Virus record (IMG/VR): IMGVR_UViG_3300020045_004441 | Span: 13,056-77,055 of that record | DNA: 64,000 nucleotides | DNA from: a virus | Lineage: Duplodnaviria > Caudoviricetes | Strand: one strand, 5' to 3' | Part shown: one piece after another, positions 1-10,598 of the stretch | Layout: each line of letters starts with the position of its first letter | Position numbering within the stretch: position 1 is the stretch's first letter | Program-made: the position numbers and the translations under genes | Notes under the pieces: generated by a model | Told to the model about the DNA's origin: nothing | What the model saw: only the letters and a program-made list of their open reading frames with translations | The model's database searches: none

Positions 1-2
1 TA

Positions 3-2804
3 GATGTAGTTGGTCAAGACGCCCTGTTATCATTAGCATCAACATTGCGTGACATGAAGAGCTTTAGCGACTCATATTTACCAATGGCTAAGGAAATTCA
101 AGCTGAAGTTAATGATATTTTAGATGAAGAGCCAGATAATGCTGAGTATAAAAAGATAGATGAAATTATATCTGAGGTAGTTAAGAAAGCTGAGAAACTC
201 GATAGAACTTACTTAGATATGGCTAGACCATTGTGGGCTAAGTACTTAACTCCATTTTTATATGACGGGCCAATCACTGAAGAGAATTTATTAGAGTCAC
301 TTAAAGAAGGTGGCAAAGATATTACTTTCGTACAGAGATTTGTCGATAGCATGGCGGCTTCAGGAATGCCAATATTACAAATATTAGACGTTGCTGTTAA
401 GGATGCAAAATCTGAGGCAAAAGATGAATCATACAATTCTATTAAGGATCTTATTCTGGCTAGAATGGATCTTGAGAAGTCTGGCATTAAAGATACCAAG
501 TGGATGTATGAATTAAAGAAAGACAAGTCTTTATCTGGAAATAATGTTTACGAATATAACTATGGTGATTGGCAGGATGCTAAAGAAGCTGAAGGCAAAA
601 AAATATTAGCTACAATTAGATCGGCCAATAAAGGTATAGAACTTGCTGTTGATGATAGAGACCTGCTAGATCAGATTGCTGGAAATGAAATACTATCTAC
701 TCAATATAAGCGTATGTGGGCATATTGGTTTAGAAAAAACAGCCAAGAAGATCCATATGCAGAAGATATTATTAGAGATAAAAGAATACACTTAGGTCAG
801 GAAGAGTTTGATGATTGGTTTGAAGAAAACACTCACACCACTCCAGAAGGCGTTATATATTATATAAGAGAGCTATCTGTCCCTGCAAATAAATATAAAA
901 ACCCACAATACGCAGAGATTCAGGCTAACTCAGCCAAAAGGAAATATTATGATCTTTGGTCAATATTAAAAGATGAGCATGATCAGAAGCTTCCAGCAAA
1001 TCAAAGGTTAGGTAGATTGGCCCCACAGACTCGTACTGATTTTGTGGAGAAAATTAAGCGGTCACAATCTTTAGGTGAAGCTGGCAGAAATGTTAAACAA
1101 TCATTTCAGGAAACATTCCAGAATGTTGAGGATGACACTGATATTGGTAGTAAATTTAAGGTTACTGATGAGAATGGCAAGATGGTATATTTCCTTCCGA
1201 TACACTTTACTGGGAAATTGAAGGATATGCGTGATTTATCTACCGACTCAGCTGAATCATTGGCTGCGTTCATATCAACTACAAACGATTATTCTAAGAT
1301 GTCTAAGATTATAGATATTCTAGAGTTGGGTAGGGATGTCATTTCTAATGTGCAATTGCAGGAGTTTGATTCTAATGGCAATGTAATTAAAGAGAGTATT
1401 AACATTCTTGGTAAGAAAGTAGCTAAGAACCTAAAGATTGATCCTAAAACTTCAAATATGAAGGCTAGGTTAGATGACTATTTTAAGATGAACATATATG
1501 GTCATACTAGAGTTGAAGGAACTGATTTTAACATTTTAGGATTCAAAATGAATTCCGAGAAAATGTGGGATGCTCTTGGTAAATATACATCGTTAAATAA
1601 TCTAGCTTTAAATATATATGCAGGGATTCAAAATCCGCTTATAGGTAACGCTAACATACGCATTGAAGCTATTTCTAAGCAGTTTTTTGGACAGAAGGCA
1701 CTTGCCATTGCTGATGCTAAATTCTGGTCTGAATTGCCTAAAAACATGGCAAATCTAGGTGCTAGGAATGCTACTGACTTCATTAGCTTGTGGGGCGAAA
1801 AACTTGAGGTTATGCAGGACTTTTCTCGTGATATGAGAGAGTTAAATATGGACAGAACTAATTTAGTTCAGAAATTATCGTCAAGCAGTTCTTTATATGT
1901 AACGTCGAGCGCTGGAGAGAAACAAATGCAATTTAGATCATCATTTGCTCTAGCTTATGAGACTAAGCTTAAGGATTCTAAAGGCAAGGAAATAACATTA
2001 TTAGAAGCGTTTGACGTTTTAAATAATAAACTAGTATTAAAAAGTGGATTAACCGATGCTAACGGGAAGCCATTCACAGAGGTTAGTCTGAGGGCATGGA
2101 AGCGTAAGCAAAATGCTATTAATAATAGTTTACATGGTATTTATAATGACCAGGATTTACTTGCAATTCAACAATACGGAGCCCTTAGACAAGTGCTTAT
2201 GTTTAGGAAGTTTATGAGACCAGGATTTAATCGTAGATTTAGATCAAAAATGTATGACTACGAGAAACAATCATGGATTGAAGGTTATTATAGAACGTTT
2301 GGTAGATTCTCTGGACAAATGCTCAAAGACTTAAAACGTGGTCAGTTTTTATTAGCTGCTCATTGGAATGAATTATCGCCAATGGAACGCCAAAATATGA
2401 TGAGAGCAATTGCAGATTTGGGATATATGGCTGCAACAATGGCGTTAATAAGCGCTTTAACGATGATGGGCGCTGGGGATGATGAGGATGATTGGAGAAT
2501 GAATATGGCGCTTTATCAAAGTAATCGCCTCCTCGTCGAGCTTTCATTTTATATAGATCCTCGCCAAACTCTGACCATATTAAAATCGCCCGCTGCCGGA
2601 ATTGACCAGCTTAATAGGGTAATCAACTTAATAACTACAATTGCAAATCCCTGGTACGCTACTGAAATTATAGAGCGTGGAAAATGGGCCGGGTACAGCA
2701 GATTTCACAAAGCAGCAGTTGGGACTATACCTCTCTACAAGACGACTACAGATTGGATGACACCGAACGATAAGCTCACATTCTTTAAGTTGCAGAATAA
2801 GTGA
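3..2804 (+). CDS. C-terminal part of a very large virion/ejection-type protein (5'-truncated)
   Basis: The frame is open upstream of the track start at 45 back to the window edge (DVVGQDALLSLASTL...). More than 930 aa, mostly helical; resembles the giant internal virion proteins of crAss-like phages. No catalytic motif recognised. Confidence 0.55.
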   Translation, partial: DVVGQDALLSLASTLRDMKSFSDSYLPMAKEIQAEVNDILDEEPDNAEYKKIDEIISEVVKKAEKLDRTYLDMARPLWAKYLTPFLYDGPITEENLLESLKEGGKDITFVQRFVDSMAASGMPILQILDVAVKDAKSEAKDESYNSIKDLILARMDLEKSGIKDTKWMYELKKDKSLSGNNVYEYNYGDWQDAKEAEGKKILATIRSANKGIELAVDDRDLLDQIAGNEILSTQYKRMWAYWFRKNSQEDPYAEDIIRDKRIHLGQEEFDDWFEENTHTTPEGVIYYIRELSVPANKYKNPQYAEIQANSAKRKYYDLWSILKDEHDQKLPANQRLGRLAPQTRTDFVEKIKRSQSLGEAGRNVKQSFQETFQNVEDDTDIGSKFKVTDENGKMVYFLPIHFTGKLKDMRDLSTDSAESLAAFISTTNDYSKMSKIIDILELGRDVISNVQLQEFDSNGNVIKESINILGKKVAKNLKIDPKTSNMKARLDDYFKMNIYGHTRVEGTDFNILGFKMNSEKMWDALGKYTSLNNLALNIYAGIQNPLIGNANIRIEAISKQFFGQKALAIADAKFWSELPKNMANLGARNATDFISLWGEKLEVMQDFSRDMRELNMDRTNLVQKLSSSSSLYVTSSAGEKQMQFRSSFALAYETKLKDSKGKEITLLEAFDVLNNKLVLKSGLTDANGKPFTEVSLRAWKRKQNAINNSLHGIYNDQDLLAIQQYGALRQVLMFRKFMRPGFNRRFRSKMYDYEKQSWIEGYYRTFGRFSGQMLKDLKRGQFLLAAHWNELSPMERQNMMRAIADLGYMAATMALISALTMMGAGDDEDDWRMNMALYQSNRLLVELSFYIDPRQTLTILKSPAAGIDQLNRVINLITTIANPWYATEIIERGKWAGYSRFHKAAVGTIPLYKTTTDWMTPNDKLTFFKLQNK

Positions 2805-2845
2805 TAGTTACGCAATAGAATAAAAAAAACGAATAGCAATTATTT

Positions 2846-2886
2846 AAAAAGAGAGCTCCTACTATTAGGTCAGCTCTCTTTCTTTT
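2846..2886. terminator. Bidirectional intrinsic terminator between convergent blocks
   Basis: AAAAA-GAGAGCT...AGCTCTC-TTTCTTTT hairpin with A and T tracts on both sides, between a + gene ending at 2804 and a - gene ending at 2911. Confidence 0.75.
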
Positions 2887-2910
2887 AAACAAAAACAAAA
2901 ACAAAATGAA

Positions 2911-3363
2911 TTATTTCTTTAATTTTTTAATATAGTCATCAAAATATCTATCTACATCTTCATAATGAAATCCACAATATCTCGTAAATGATAGTATATC
3001 TTTCTTTGAATATTGAGGTTTATTTTCATGAATATAATTTGATGCCTTTTGCTGTGTTGAGAATATTTTATGCGATACTAAGTAATCTTTATTATATGGA
3101 TTATCTACAAAGTACGTCCACAATGAAAAATCATATCCAACTCCATAACATTTATCTCCTTTAATTAAATTTACTCCATCTACCGTCGTAAATAAAATAG
3201 TATCATCCACTTTTTCCCAAAACTCAGGATATAACTTTGGATTAAACCAATTATGATTATAATAATGACAATTCTCATCTGTTTTTGGCTGAACTTTATG
3301 TGGTTTTGATATATATCCAACGTCTGGGCCACCGGGATAATTGTGGGTGCATTTGTAATTCAT
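2911..3363 (-). CDS. Hypothetical phage protein
   Basis: 150-aa ORF, last gene of the minus-strand block. Confidence 0.6.
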   Translation of the reverse strand: MNYKCTHNYPGGPDVGYISKPHKVQPKTDENCHYYNHNWFNPKLYPEFWEKVDDTILFTTVDGVNLIKGDKCYGVGYDFSLWTYFVDNPYNKDYLVSHKIFSTQQKASNYIHENKPQYSKKDILSFTRYCGFHYEDVDRYFDDYIKKLKK

Positions 3364-3479
3364 ATTATTTCTTTTTGTTAGGTACTACTCTATTTCCATC
3401 AACATAACTATCACAATCTGGACAATATGCTGGTGCGTTTTCATGAAAATAATGCGCATTCTTATGTTTGCATTTAAGT

Positions 3480-3914
3480 CTATCCTTCATTTAATTTCTT
3501 TTTAATTAATCTTTCGCATTTATGTCTCCAATTTGACCCATTAGCGCACGATATCGCCACTGTTTTGGTATTCTGGTTGATTTCCCTACACTCAACGTAA
3601 TCGTCGTCTAGATGCCATAAAAAGCCCTCGTTTCGCTGAAAGAAATGGTATTTATTAACCATGTCCATAAAGTGAATATTTTCAGGTTTAATACCACATT
3701 TTTTAGCAACTGTAAACAGATGTTTGTGATCGTGGATTAAGTTAGTTATTCCATATTGATCGCAAAACTCTTTGGTATAATTATTGATATCAGAATATCT
3801 TCTTGTTACAATCCAGACTTCGTAGCCCTTTTGGACTAATTCTAATGCATATCTTTGTAATGACTCTCGTTCGATTGAGCCGTCAAAATCAAAGCTTAAT
3901 TTTAATCCTTGCAT
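3480..3914 (-). CDS. HAD-superfamily phosphohydrolase
   Basis: Motif I SFDFDGS, motif II WIVTRR, motif IV HLDDD. Confidence 0.7.
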   Translation of the reverse strand: MQGLKLSFDFDGSIERESLQRYALELVQKGYEVWIVTRRYSDINNYTKEFCDQYGITNLIHDHKHLFTVAKKCGIKPENIHFMDMVNKYHFFQRNEGFLWHLDDDYVECREINQNTKTVAISCANGSNWRHKCERLIKKKLNEG

Positions 3915-5087
3915 GTAATTTGTTTTGATTTAGGCCAATGTTCTATTTGAAATTTAACTTCACTCCAAAATGCATATCCACGATCAGCGCCCATATCGCT
4001 CAAGACTTCATTACAACACTCTATTGCCAATAATCTGCCAAACTTTAGAATTAATTTTCTAGCTTTTTCTTTTGGTGTTATCATTTAATTTAATGTTTAT
4101 TTCTTTAATGCACTCTGGAATTAGCTTCTTATAATATTCAATCTTCTCTTCGCCAAGAGTATCGCTATATTTATCCAATAGACTAAATGACGTTAAAATC
4201 AATCCAATCCTACCGTGAATATAGTGTATATTTGATCCACTAGTCTTAGATAAAATCTCTAATCTATGTGGTTCAAATTCTTCTCTAGTTATCATTCCGG
4301 CATCTGTATTACATCCTTAACTGGCTCTGGAATTTCAAATTCTGGTTCATATGCTTTCTTGCAAGCGTAATATCCGGATGCATAAGCATTTACAAAAGCA
4401 TTCTTCACTGCTAACTTATATGATCCTTCCCATGGTTTAAAGAATTGCATCCTACTCTCAGCATATTCTTCTCCAAGTGCTATAATTTTCTCTTCATCTA
4501 GTTCTTCCATTATATTTTCTGTATTAAATCTAATATAGAATGTTTATTTACAGCTGCTCTTTTGCCTTCATTTATGCTATTCTGAATAACATATGCTTTA
4601 GCTTCATTTGCAGATTCAGTAATTGCTTCTTTCATTGCAATCTTAATCGCCTCAACAATCACATCCTCAGATAATGGTTCTCCGGATAGTTCTTCGTTAA
4701 AGATATTTTGTGCTGTTCTCATGATTTACCACTTAATAGATACTGAATAGTTTCTAACTGATTAAGAATGTCTTTATATGTTGGGTCTATTTTATTATAG
4801 CTGTAGCTCAAGATAATTCCTCTAAAGGTATCAATTTCTCTACGGTTTAATTTAGGACACAACCATTTGATTCTAGATGAATCTTTTATCTTAGAATTAA
4901 ATTCATCTGTAATCATCGCTAGATCTTTTCTGAGTTGGTCTAATTTAAAAGATTGATTAGATAATTTAGAATAAAAATCTCTCGTCAAGTCAACAAAAAC
5001 ACCTTTATTGTATTCGGATTCTTTTTGTTTAGCTTTATTTTGTAATTCTATAAAGTCACTTTCTCTTATTGTTATATATTTCTCCAT
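3902..5087 (-). other. Run of five small hypothetical CDS (3902-4084, 4059-4295, 4292-4510, 4510-4722, 4719-5087)
   Basis: Tightly packed ORFs with overlapping stop/start codons (ATGA-type coupling). Confidence 0.65.
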
Positions 5088-5306
5088 AATTTTAAATTTT
5101 AAAGGCCAGTGTCCGTGATCAGCGGTCTTTGCCTTAGTGTCTTATCTTGCCCACATAAGGCTTGATTACCGATAAGAACCACTCTGAGCGCCCTTCAATT
5201 TTATGTGTCGAGAGGGGGAGTGATTACTTTCATTTTTAAAAATCTCTCCGCAGGGTTGCTCCTTAATTGCGCTACTACCAACCCTTATTCGCTTTATATA
5301 GCAATC

Positions 5307-5783
5307 CTATGAGCATATACTTGTGGGTATTGGAGAGATTATTGTTTGTTTACTTAATATCTTAATATACACTCCAGGATTCGTTTTGTCAACAGAGAAA
5401 TGTTTACCATCAATCCATAGTACTTGTGGGTAGCAAATGTTCATATTGTCATCCTCAATTATATCGAAGGCTGTAAATAAGTCCATTATAAGTGAATTTG
5501 CATTATTAAAGTCAAATGATCTATTTGAGTCTCTAACAAAATGCATTCCAATAACAATTGGATAACTTGCTCTATCAAATAATTTTCTAAGCTCATCTAC
5601 TGGGAAGGTCATTGGTATTGTTTTATATGTAGTAATTGTTTTTTTACTACAAGAATAATGTTGAATACCATGCTTTCTTAGATATTTCTGAACAGTTTTT
5701 GATGAAAATACTCCTCTCGATGTTGCAATCTTTCCGTTCTTTAAAGACGGCGTATTAAAATTTATAAATACCACATCCTCCAT
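5307..5783 (-). CDS. RusA-like Holliday junction resolvase
   Basis: TPSLKNGK N-terminal motif, DFNNANSLIMDLFTAFDIIEDDN acidic catalytic segment, C-terminal DKTNPGVYIKI. Likely start MEDVV at 5783, just after a TATCTTTG -7 element. Confidence 0.65.
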   Translation of the reverse strand: MEDVVFINFNTPSLKNGKIATSRGVFSSKTVQKYLRKHGIQHYSCSKKTITTYKTIPMTFPVDELRKLFDRASYPIVIGMHFVRDSNRSFDFNNANSLIMDLFTAFDIIEDDNMNICYPQVLWIDGKHFSVDKTNPGVYIKILSKQTIISPIPTSICS

Positions 5784-5828
5784 AATAATAGTTTTAATTA
5801 TTATACAAAGATATGGATTTATAACCAA

Positions 5829-6002
5829 TTATTCCTCAGAAATAGAAATATTATTACCAGAATGATCACAATCAACGCAATATTCATTATCAAATATTTC
5901 ATCAACTACATAATCTTGTTTTTCTGAGTCCCAAATTACCCATGCGTCAACCTTAACGTTTTCTGATCCGCAATATTTACATTTATATTTAACATTCATC
6001 AT
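5829..6002 (-). CDS. Small Zn-ribbon protein
   Basis: CKYC...CVDC. Likely start MMNVK at 6002, because the longer track start overlaps the neighbouring gene. Confidence 0.55.
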   Translation of the reverse strand: MMNVKYKCKYCGSENVKVDAWVIWDSEKQDYVVDEIFDNEYCVDCDHSGNNISISEE

Positions 6003-7884
6003 CCCAATTTTCTTTAAGTAAAGTTTGTGCTTGACGACATAATTCTCTTCCTGAATATTGATTTGTATTGCGCTGTATAGATAGATTAAATGGGATTTTC
6101 CAAAAGTATCTATTATTATACATTGCATATACAACTCGCCAAGAACATCCTAATTTAACTCTACAATATTTAACGTAAATCGCTTGGAATCTCGTCATCG
6201 TAAATAAAATCAACATGTTCTTCACAATCTCTGCACCAATTATTACCAACACTCTGATCCTCCTCAAATGCAATATCTAGCACTGTATCGTCATTTGGAT
6301 CAATCCAAGCTAATTGCTCTATATTAAATCCATTACATTTAGCGCATCTAATCATCTGATTTAACTTTAGGTGAACATCCTAGACATATGCATGCACTAT
6401 ATTGTCCTGCCATATATTTATTAATTTTATATCTTTTGATAAATGATTGGATAATTGAGTCCATTGATTCCTTAGAAATAATGTAATCGTCAAATGGGAT
6501 AACTTTCTCTCCACGATCATTTATAGTAGCATTTGCAACTAGCTCGTCAAAATCAGCTTTAGGTTCTGCATTATTGTATAATTCAACATAAGTATCATGA
6601 ATTATTTTCTGCCAATTAAGTTTTCTCATAACAAATAATTCTTATCCCAAGTTGATTCTTTGGTTTTACAATCTACCCAGCCCCAAGTATTCTCGGCAAT
6701 TATAATATCTTTCTTACTCTTATATAGATAATGTAATATCATTTCATAATACTTATCATTATTACCGTCTGGAGCAGTCCACCAAATACAAAATTGCCAA
6801 TTTAAGAAAAATATATAAAATGCTGGTGGCCATTCAAATCTCACAGAATCATATTTATATTTCCAACCAAGTTCATTCCAACAAATATATATCGGCCATC
6901 CAATTTGCACCCACCACCAGATGCCAAATAATTCAAATGTCCATTCGGTAGCTCTGTGAACCATCGGCATATTAGAAAACATATAATTATTATTACGAGT
7001 CCCAGCATATGGATACTGCTCTTTATATTTAGCAATTTGCTCTGGCGTTTTGAGCTTTAATTTTCTAAATGCAATAATTGTTGACACAAAGTTTATCGGC
7101 CAAAAATAAGGAGTGCCGTGCTTTAACTTTCCAATATAATACCTCTTTTTAGGTTGCACAAATACTCCTTTAATTTCCTTAAATAATTTAAACATTTAGC
7201 CTCCTTTTCTTCGATTTAACTCATTATTAAATGCTTTTAGATAGTTAGGATGTTTAGTCCAATTACCGCCTAAAATCGCCTGTATATGGTCTGTTTCGAG
7301 GTCACATATAAATCTATAATCCGTTTCTGGAAGACGATTCATATCTTTATCGAAATTAACTCCCCATAGCATTATCATAGCAGAATCAACACCTTGTTGT
7401 TCTAGAATATCATCCTCTTCATCAAAATACCAAAATCCTGGATAATTTGGTATAATACCCATATTAACCAAGACTTGAGAATATCTTAAATCTGGATTAT
7501 TGTGCCAAAATTCAGCAATCTCTTTATCTTTAACTGCAATTAACGATAATACAGCCCTAAGATTTCCATTATCTAATGGTAGCTTCCAGATATTAGCCAA
7601 TAAATTTTCATTATTGACTAATTCTAGAAATCTATCAATACGCTTTATATTACGCATTATTTCTTTTTAAGTTTTAAAATTGATTCTTTATCAACTCCTG
7701 TTGTTGGCTTATAATCGTATTTTGTACCAATACAATATCCAGCACTGATACATTTAACATTTTTAACAGCATCATCAATTGCCTGATTATACGCTTCTAT
7801 TTGAATGGATTTTATTAGTTCTGATACACTTATATTTGTATGATTACCATAATACCAATCTTTTATTTCTTCTGCTGATCTCAT
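5989..7884 (-). other. Run of small hypothetical CDS (5989-6198, 6170-6355 Zn-ribbon, 6348-6629, 6626-7195, 7196-7657 with a DUF1040-like N-terminus, 7657-7884)
   Basis: Coupled ORFs. 7196-7657 has an RIDRFL...W..NPDLRYSQVL pattern. Confidence 0.6.
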
Positions 7885-8666
7885 TTATATGTAATTTCAA
7901 ATGATGTTTCTAATAGTTCATCTAAATCTTTAACGTTAGGTAGAACCATTCTTAATTTAGCTTTAATAATATCTTTATAATCTTGACACAAATATGTCTT
8001 TCCAAGATATTCTACATTAACAGAATTAATATAGTTTATATTTGAGAATATGTCTATCTTAACATCATTAAAAGCTACTGGAGTTCTCTCTACGCCGCTT
8101 GGATCTGGTGGATATTTACATCCATAAGGATTGTCATAAATATCATCATCGAGCATATATTCCCCCACACAAACTATATCTAAATCTTTAAACATAGTTC
8201 TAGTGATTTTGCCTTGAAGATATAGGGCTACTGATCCAGTTAAATAAATATCACCAATCTCCTTCTTGCATAGATTATCAAATGCATCCAAGCATTCTTG
8301 AAGCGTATATTCTTCCTTAAGATTGTATCGAACTTCAGCCTTCTGCATCTTCTGCTCCATAGATAATCCACGTCTAGGCTTAATAGATTTCGGAATTTTT
8401 GATTCACCAGGTTTATATGCCTTAAAAGCATCTCTCATTGATTTTACGTGTTCAGAATAAAAATCATCAACTTCATATGGAGACTTCTTTCTTGAATCAT
8501 ATTTATCTGAAGCAGTATTTATTTTTGGTGGATCAATATAGTCTACTACAGATGTGTATCTACCTGGATCTATTGAGGTTCCCGGAGAATTGTATCTACT
8601 TCCAGGAACTATTACATTCCAAGAGAAATCTACATCTCCAATTTTAGGTTCTTCGCTTTTACTCAT
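7881..8666 (-). CDS. Pol-beta-superfamily nucleotidyltransferase with an N-terminal extension
   Basis: hGS...DxD signature (YLTGSVALYLQG...KDLDIV) plus a third acidic residue in VKIDIF. Confidence 0.65.
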   Translation of the reverse strand: MSKSEEPKIGDVDFSWNVIVPGSRYNSPGTSIDPGRYTSVVDYIDPPKINTASDKYDSRKKSPYEVDDFYSEHVKSMRDAFKAYKPGESKIPKSIKPRRGLSMEQKMQKAEVRYNLKEEYTLQECLDAFDNLCKKEIGDIYLTGSVALYLQGKITRTMFKDLDIVCVGEYMLDDDIYDNPYGCKYPPDPSGVERTPVAFNDVKIDIFSNINYINSVNVEYLGKTYLCQDYKDIIKAKLRMVLPNVKDLDELLETSFEITYK

Positions 8667-8668
8667 AG

Positions 8669-8953
8669 TTAATCTTTAAATTCTTCAAATGATAACCAAT
8701 CTTTAGATGCACAATATAATAAAATATATCCAGCCAAATCTATGAGATCATTTTTACGTAACTCACTGGAATTCATTATTCTGGCGGTCTTGTCGTCCAT
8801 TCTCAAGGCAATGCTATTATCTGCATCTAATTTACTAAATATCTTTATTGGGCTTAAAGCTGAATCGCCATATTTTTCATTCTTATATTTAAGTAATGAA
8901 TTCAACGATCCAGTTATTTGATCAATTTTCCATGCTGTATTTTTATCTGTCAT
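8669..8953 (-). CDS. Nmad1/DUF1599-like all-alpha NTP pyrophosphohydrolase-related protein
   Basis: KNEKYGDS...RMDDKTARI...DLIDLAGY pattern. Confidence 0.65.
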   Translation of the reverse strand: MTDKNTAWKIDQITGSLNSLLKYKNEKYGDSALSPIKIFSKLDADNSIALRMDDKTARIMNSSELRKNDLIDLAGYILLYCASKDWLSFEEFKD

Positions 8954-9714
8954 TTACTTACAGTTAAATTATTAATTAATTCTTTTATGTCACAATAATT
9001 TTCTTCGGTAAAATTAATCTTATAAGGAGCGTTAAATTCACTCCCTTTGTATTGTAGAATAAGATTATATTGTGATCCAATCATCCTACTAAATACATAT
9101 CCTCTAAGCAAAACCATAGATTCTGGATCTTTAATATCTAAGATTATTGTACTAACGCTATCAGTGATTTCTATGTCCTCAATGGCCTTAAAATTGACGA
9201 TTAAGAGACTTTCTTTATCTTTATTGTACGAACACTCACATAAATAATATCGCCCCTTAAAAGCCTTAGAAATGAGCTTTTGATATTGCTCTCCAAATAA
9301 GAACATTCTACATTCGCTATCTGAATCCTTCCACAGAATTCTGGCATAATTATTGCCAGCTAAAGATGTACAATATTCTATCGTATCAATTCTAGCAATA
9401 AATACAATTTTACCTTGGCTTTCCGACAATTCATTAATTGATCTAAGAGTGTTATTGCAAAATCTCTTTGAATGTAAAATATATCTATCCTGAATATTAT
9501 ACGTAAGAGCTACTCCCATTAAATCAACCTCGCGTTGTAATAATTCTTCATAGTTAACATTTTGAGGTGTTTTAAGATCTATGGTTTCATTCTTAGTCTC
9601 TGCAAATAACGATAGTTGATCTTTATTATTACGAGAACAACTTTTAATCAAGGATTCTGAGTTCTCGACTATAGTTGCTCTCCATAATAATTCATCTCTA
9701 ATTTTCTGATTCAT
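8950..9714 (-). CDS. Stand-alone C-terminal region of DNA polymerase III alpha (clamp-binding motif, OB fold, tau-binding CTD); no catalytic core
   Basis: QLSLF, ELLQREVDLMGVALT and TSLAGNNYARILWKDSDSECRMFLFGEQY align by eye to the DnaE segments QADMF, VVLDGERETLGLYLT and [29 protein letters not shown]. Confidence 0.75.
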   Translation of the reverse strand: MNQKIRDELLWRATIVENSESLIKSCSRNNKDQLSLFAETKNETIDLKTPQNVNYEELLQREVDLMGVALTYNIQDRYILHSKRFCNNTLRSINELSESQGKIVFIARIDTIEYCTSLAGNNYARILWKDSDSECRMFLFGEQYQKLISKAFKGRYYLCECSYNKDKESLLIVNFKAIEDIEITDSVSTIILDIKDPESMVLLRGYVFSRMIGSQYNLILQYKGSEFNAPYKINFTEENYCDIKELINNLTVSK

Positions 9715-10592
9715 TAGAAGTGTTCAGCATTATATTCAGCTTGTTTAGCTTCTTCATTTGGATCAACACCAAAGTCTACGTGATATGGATTTGCAAATTT
9801 AATTTGTTCCATAATTCCACGGCCATGAGCAATTACTCTTCCGCCTCTAGTTGCTTCTGATATTCGTGTAGAATCTGCCACTGGCTGAGTGTCGCCATCT
9901 AATATGGCTTGTGCTTCAACTATTGCACGCATTTCACTGACGGCATATCTTATTTCAAGAGCATCGTCCTCCTCTTCATCCTCATCATGCTCGCCATTAG
10001 GTTCTTCATCTTCAGTCTCATCATCACTAAATTCCATACTTTGCCAACCTGACTCGGTTGATTTTTCCAATAGATCAATTTCAAATCCAATTAATGTATT
10101 GCCAGAACGTTTATTTCTAAATGGATCTAAAATTGTTATTCCATTGATTAATTGAAATAATCTATCTCCAGTAGAACCGGTATTGGTATAGAATAATACT
10201 TTTGAATATCTATCATTCTTTTTAATGTCAGCTAGAAATTGATCCATAGCATTAAGAAAATCTGCTTTTGACATATCGCCATTAGCAGAGAAATTCTTAA
10301 TGATTGCGATTCCACAGCATTCTGGGAACGGTATTTGATCAAATCTCATAGCTGTCTCACCGTTGATTTTGTAACGATAAACCCTACTGTCACCATAAGA
10401 TCTATTTCTATCAGTAATATCAATATCTAATTCATTTCCTTTCATTATTTCAGTTGATTTTGTTTTTATTTCATCAAAATATGATTCTTTAATCCAACTT
10501 CTTGGGATTGTTGTATTGCCGCCAATAAAAATATCTCTCATTATGGAATCTAGTCTTTCTATAGTGAGATTTTGATATGTAAATTCATTCAT
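9714..10592 (-). CDS. Hypothetical protein with a CCG-type (possibly GNAT-like) domain and an acidic tract
   Basis: FPECCGIAII...FRNKRSGNTLIGFEIDL, followed by a D/E-rich stretch. Confidence 0.5.
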   Translation of the reverse strand: MNEFTYQNLTIERLDSIMRDIFIGGNTTIPRSWIKESYFDEIKTKSTEIMKGNELDIDITDRNRSYGDSRVYRYKINGETAMRFDQIPFPECCGIAIIKNFSANGDMSKADFLNAMDQFLADIKKNDRYSKVLFYTNTGSTGDRLFQLINGITILDPFRNKRSGNTLIGFEIDLLEKSTESGWQSMEFSDDETEDEEPNGEHDEDEEEDDALEIRYAVSEMRAIVEAQAILDGDTQPVADSTRISEATRGGRVIAHGRGIMEQIKFANPYHVDFGVDPNEEAKQAEYNAEHF

Positions 10593-10598
10593 ATTAAG

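Noticed and set aside
5205-5290. Possible tRNA on the minus strand (GTAGCGCAATTAAGGAGC...CCCCCTCTCGACA)
   Set aside because: No T-loop and no anticodon arm; kept only as part of a structured intergenic region.
8950-9714. Split-intein DnaE C-half as in cyanobacteria
   Set aside because: No IntC sequence or (H/S)N-C junction at the N-terminus.
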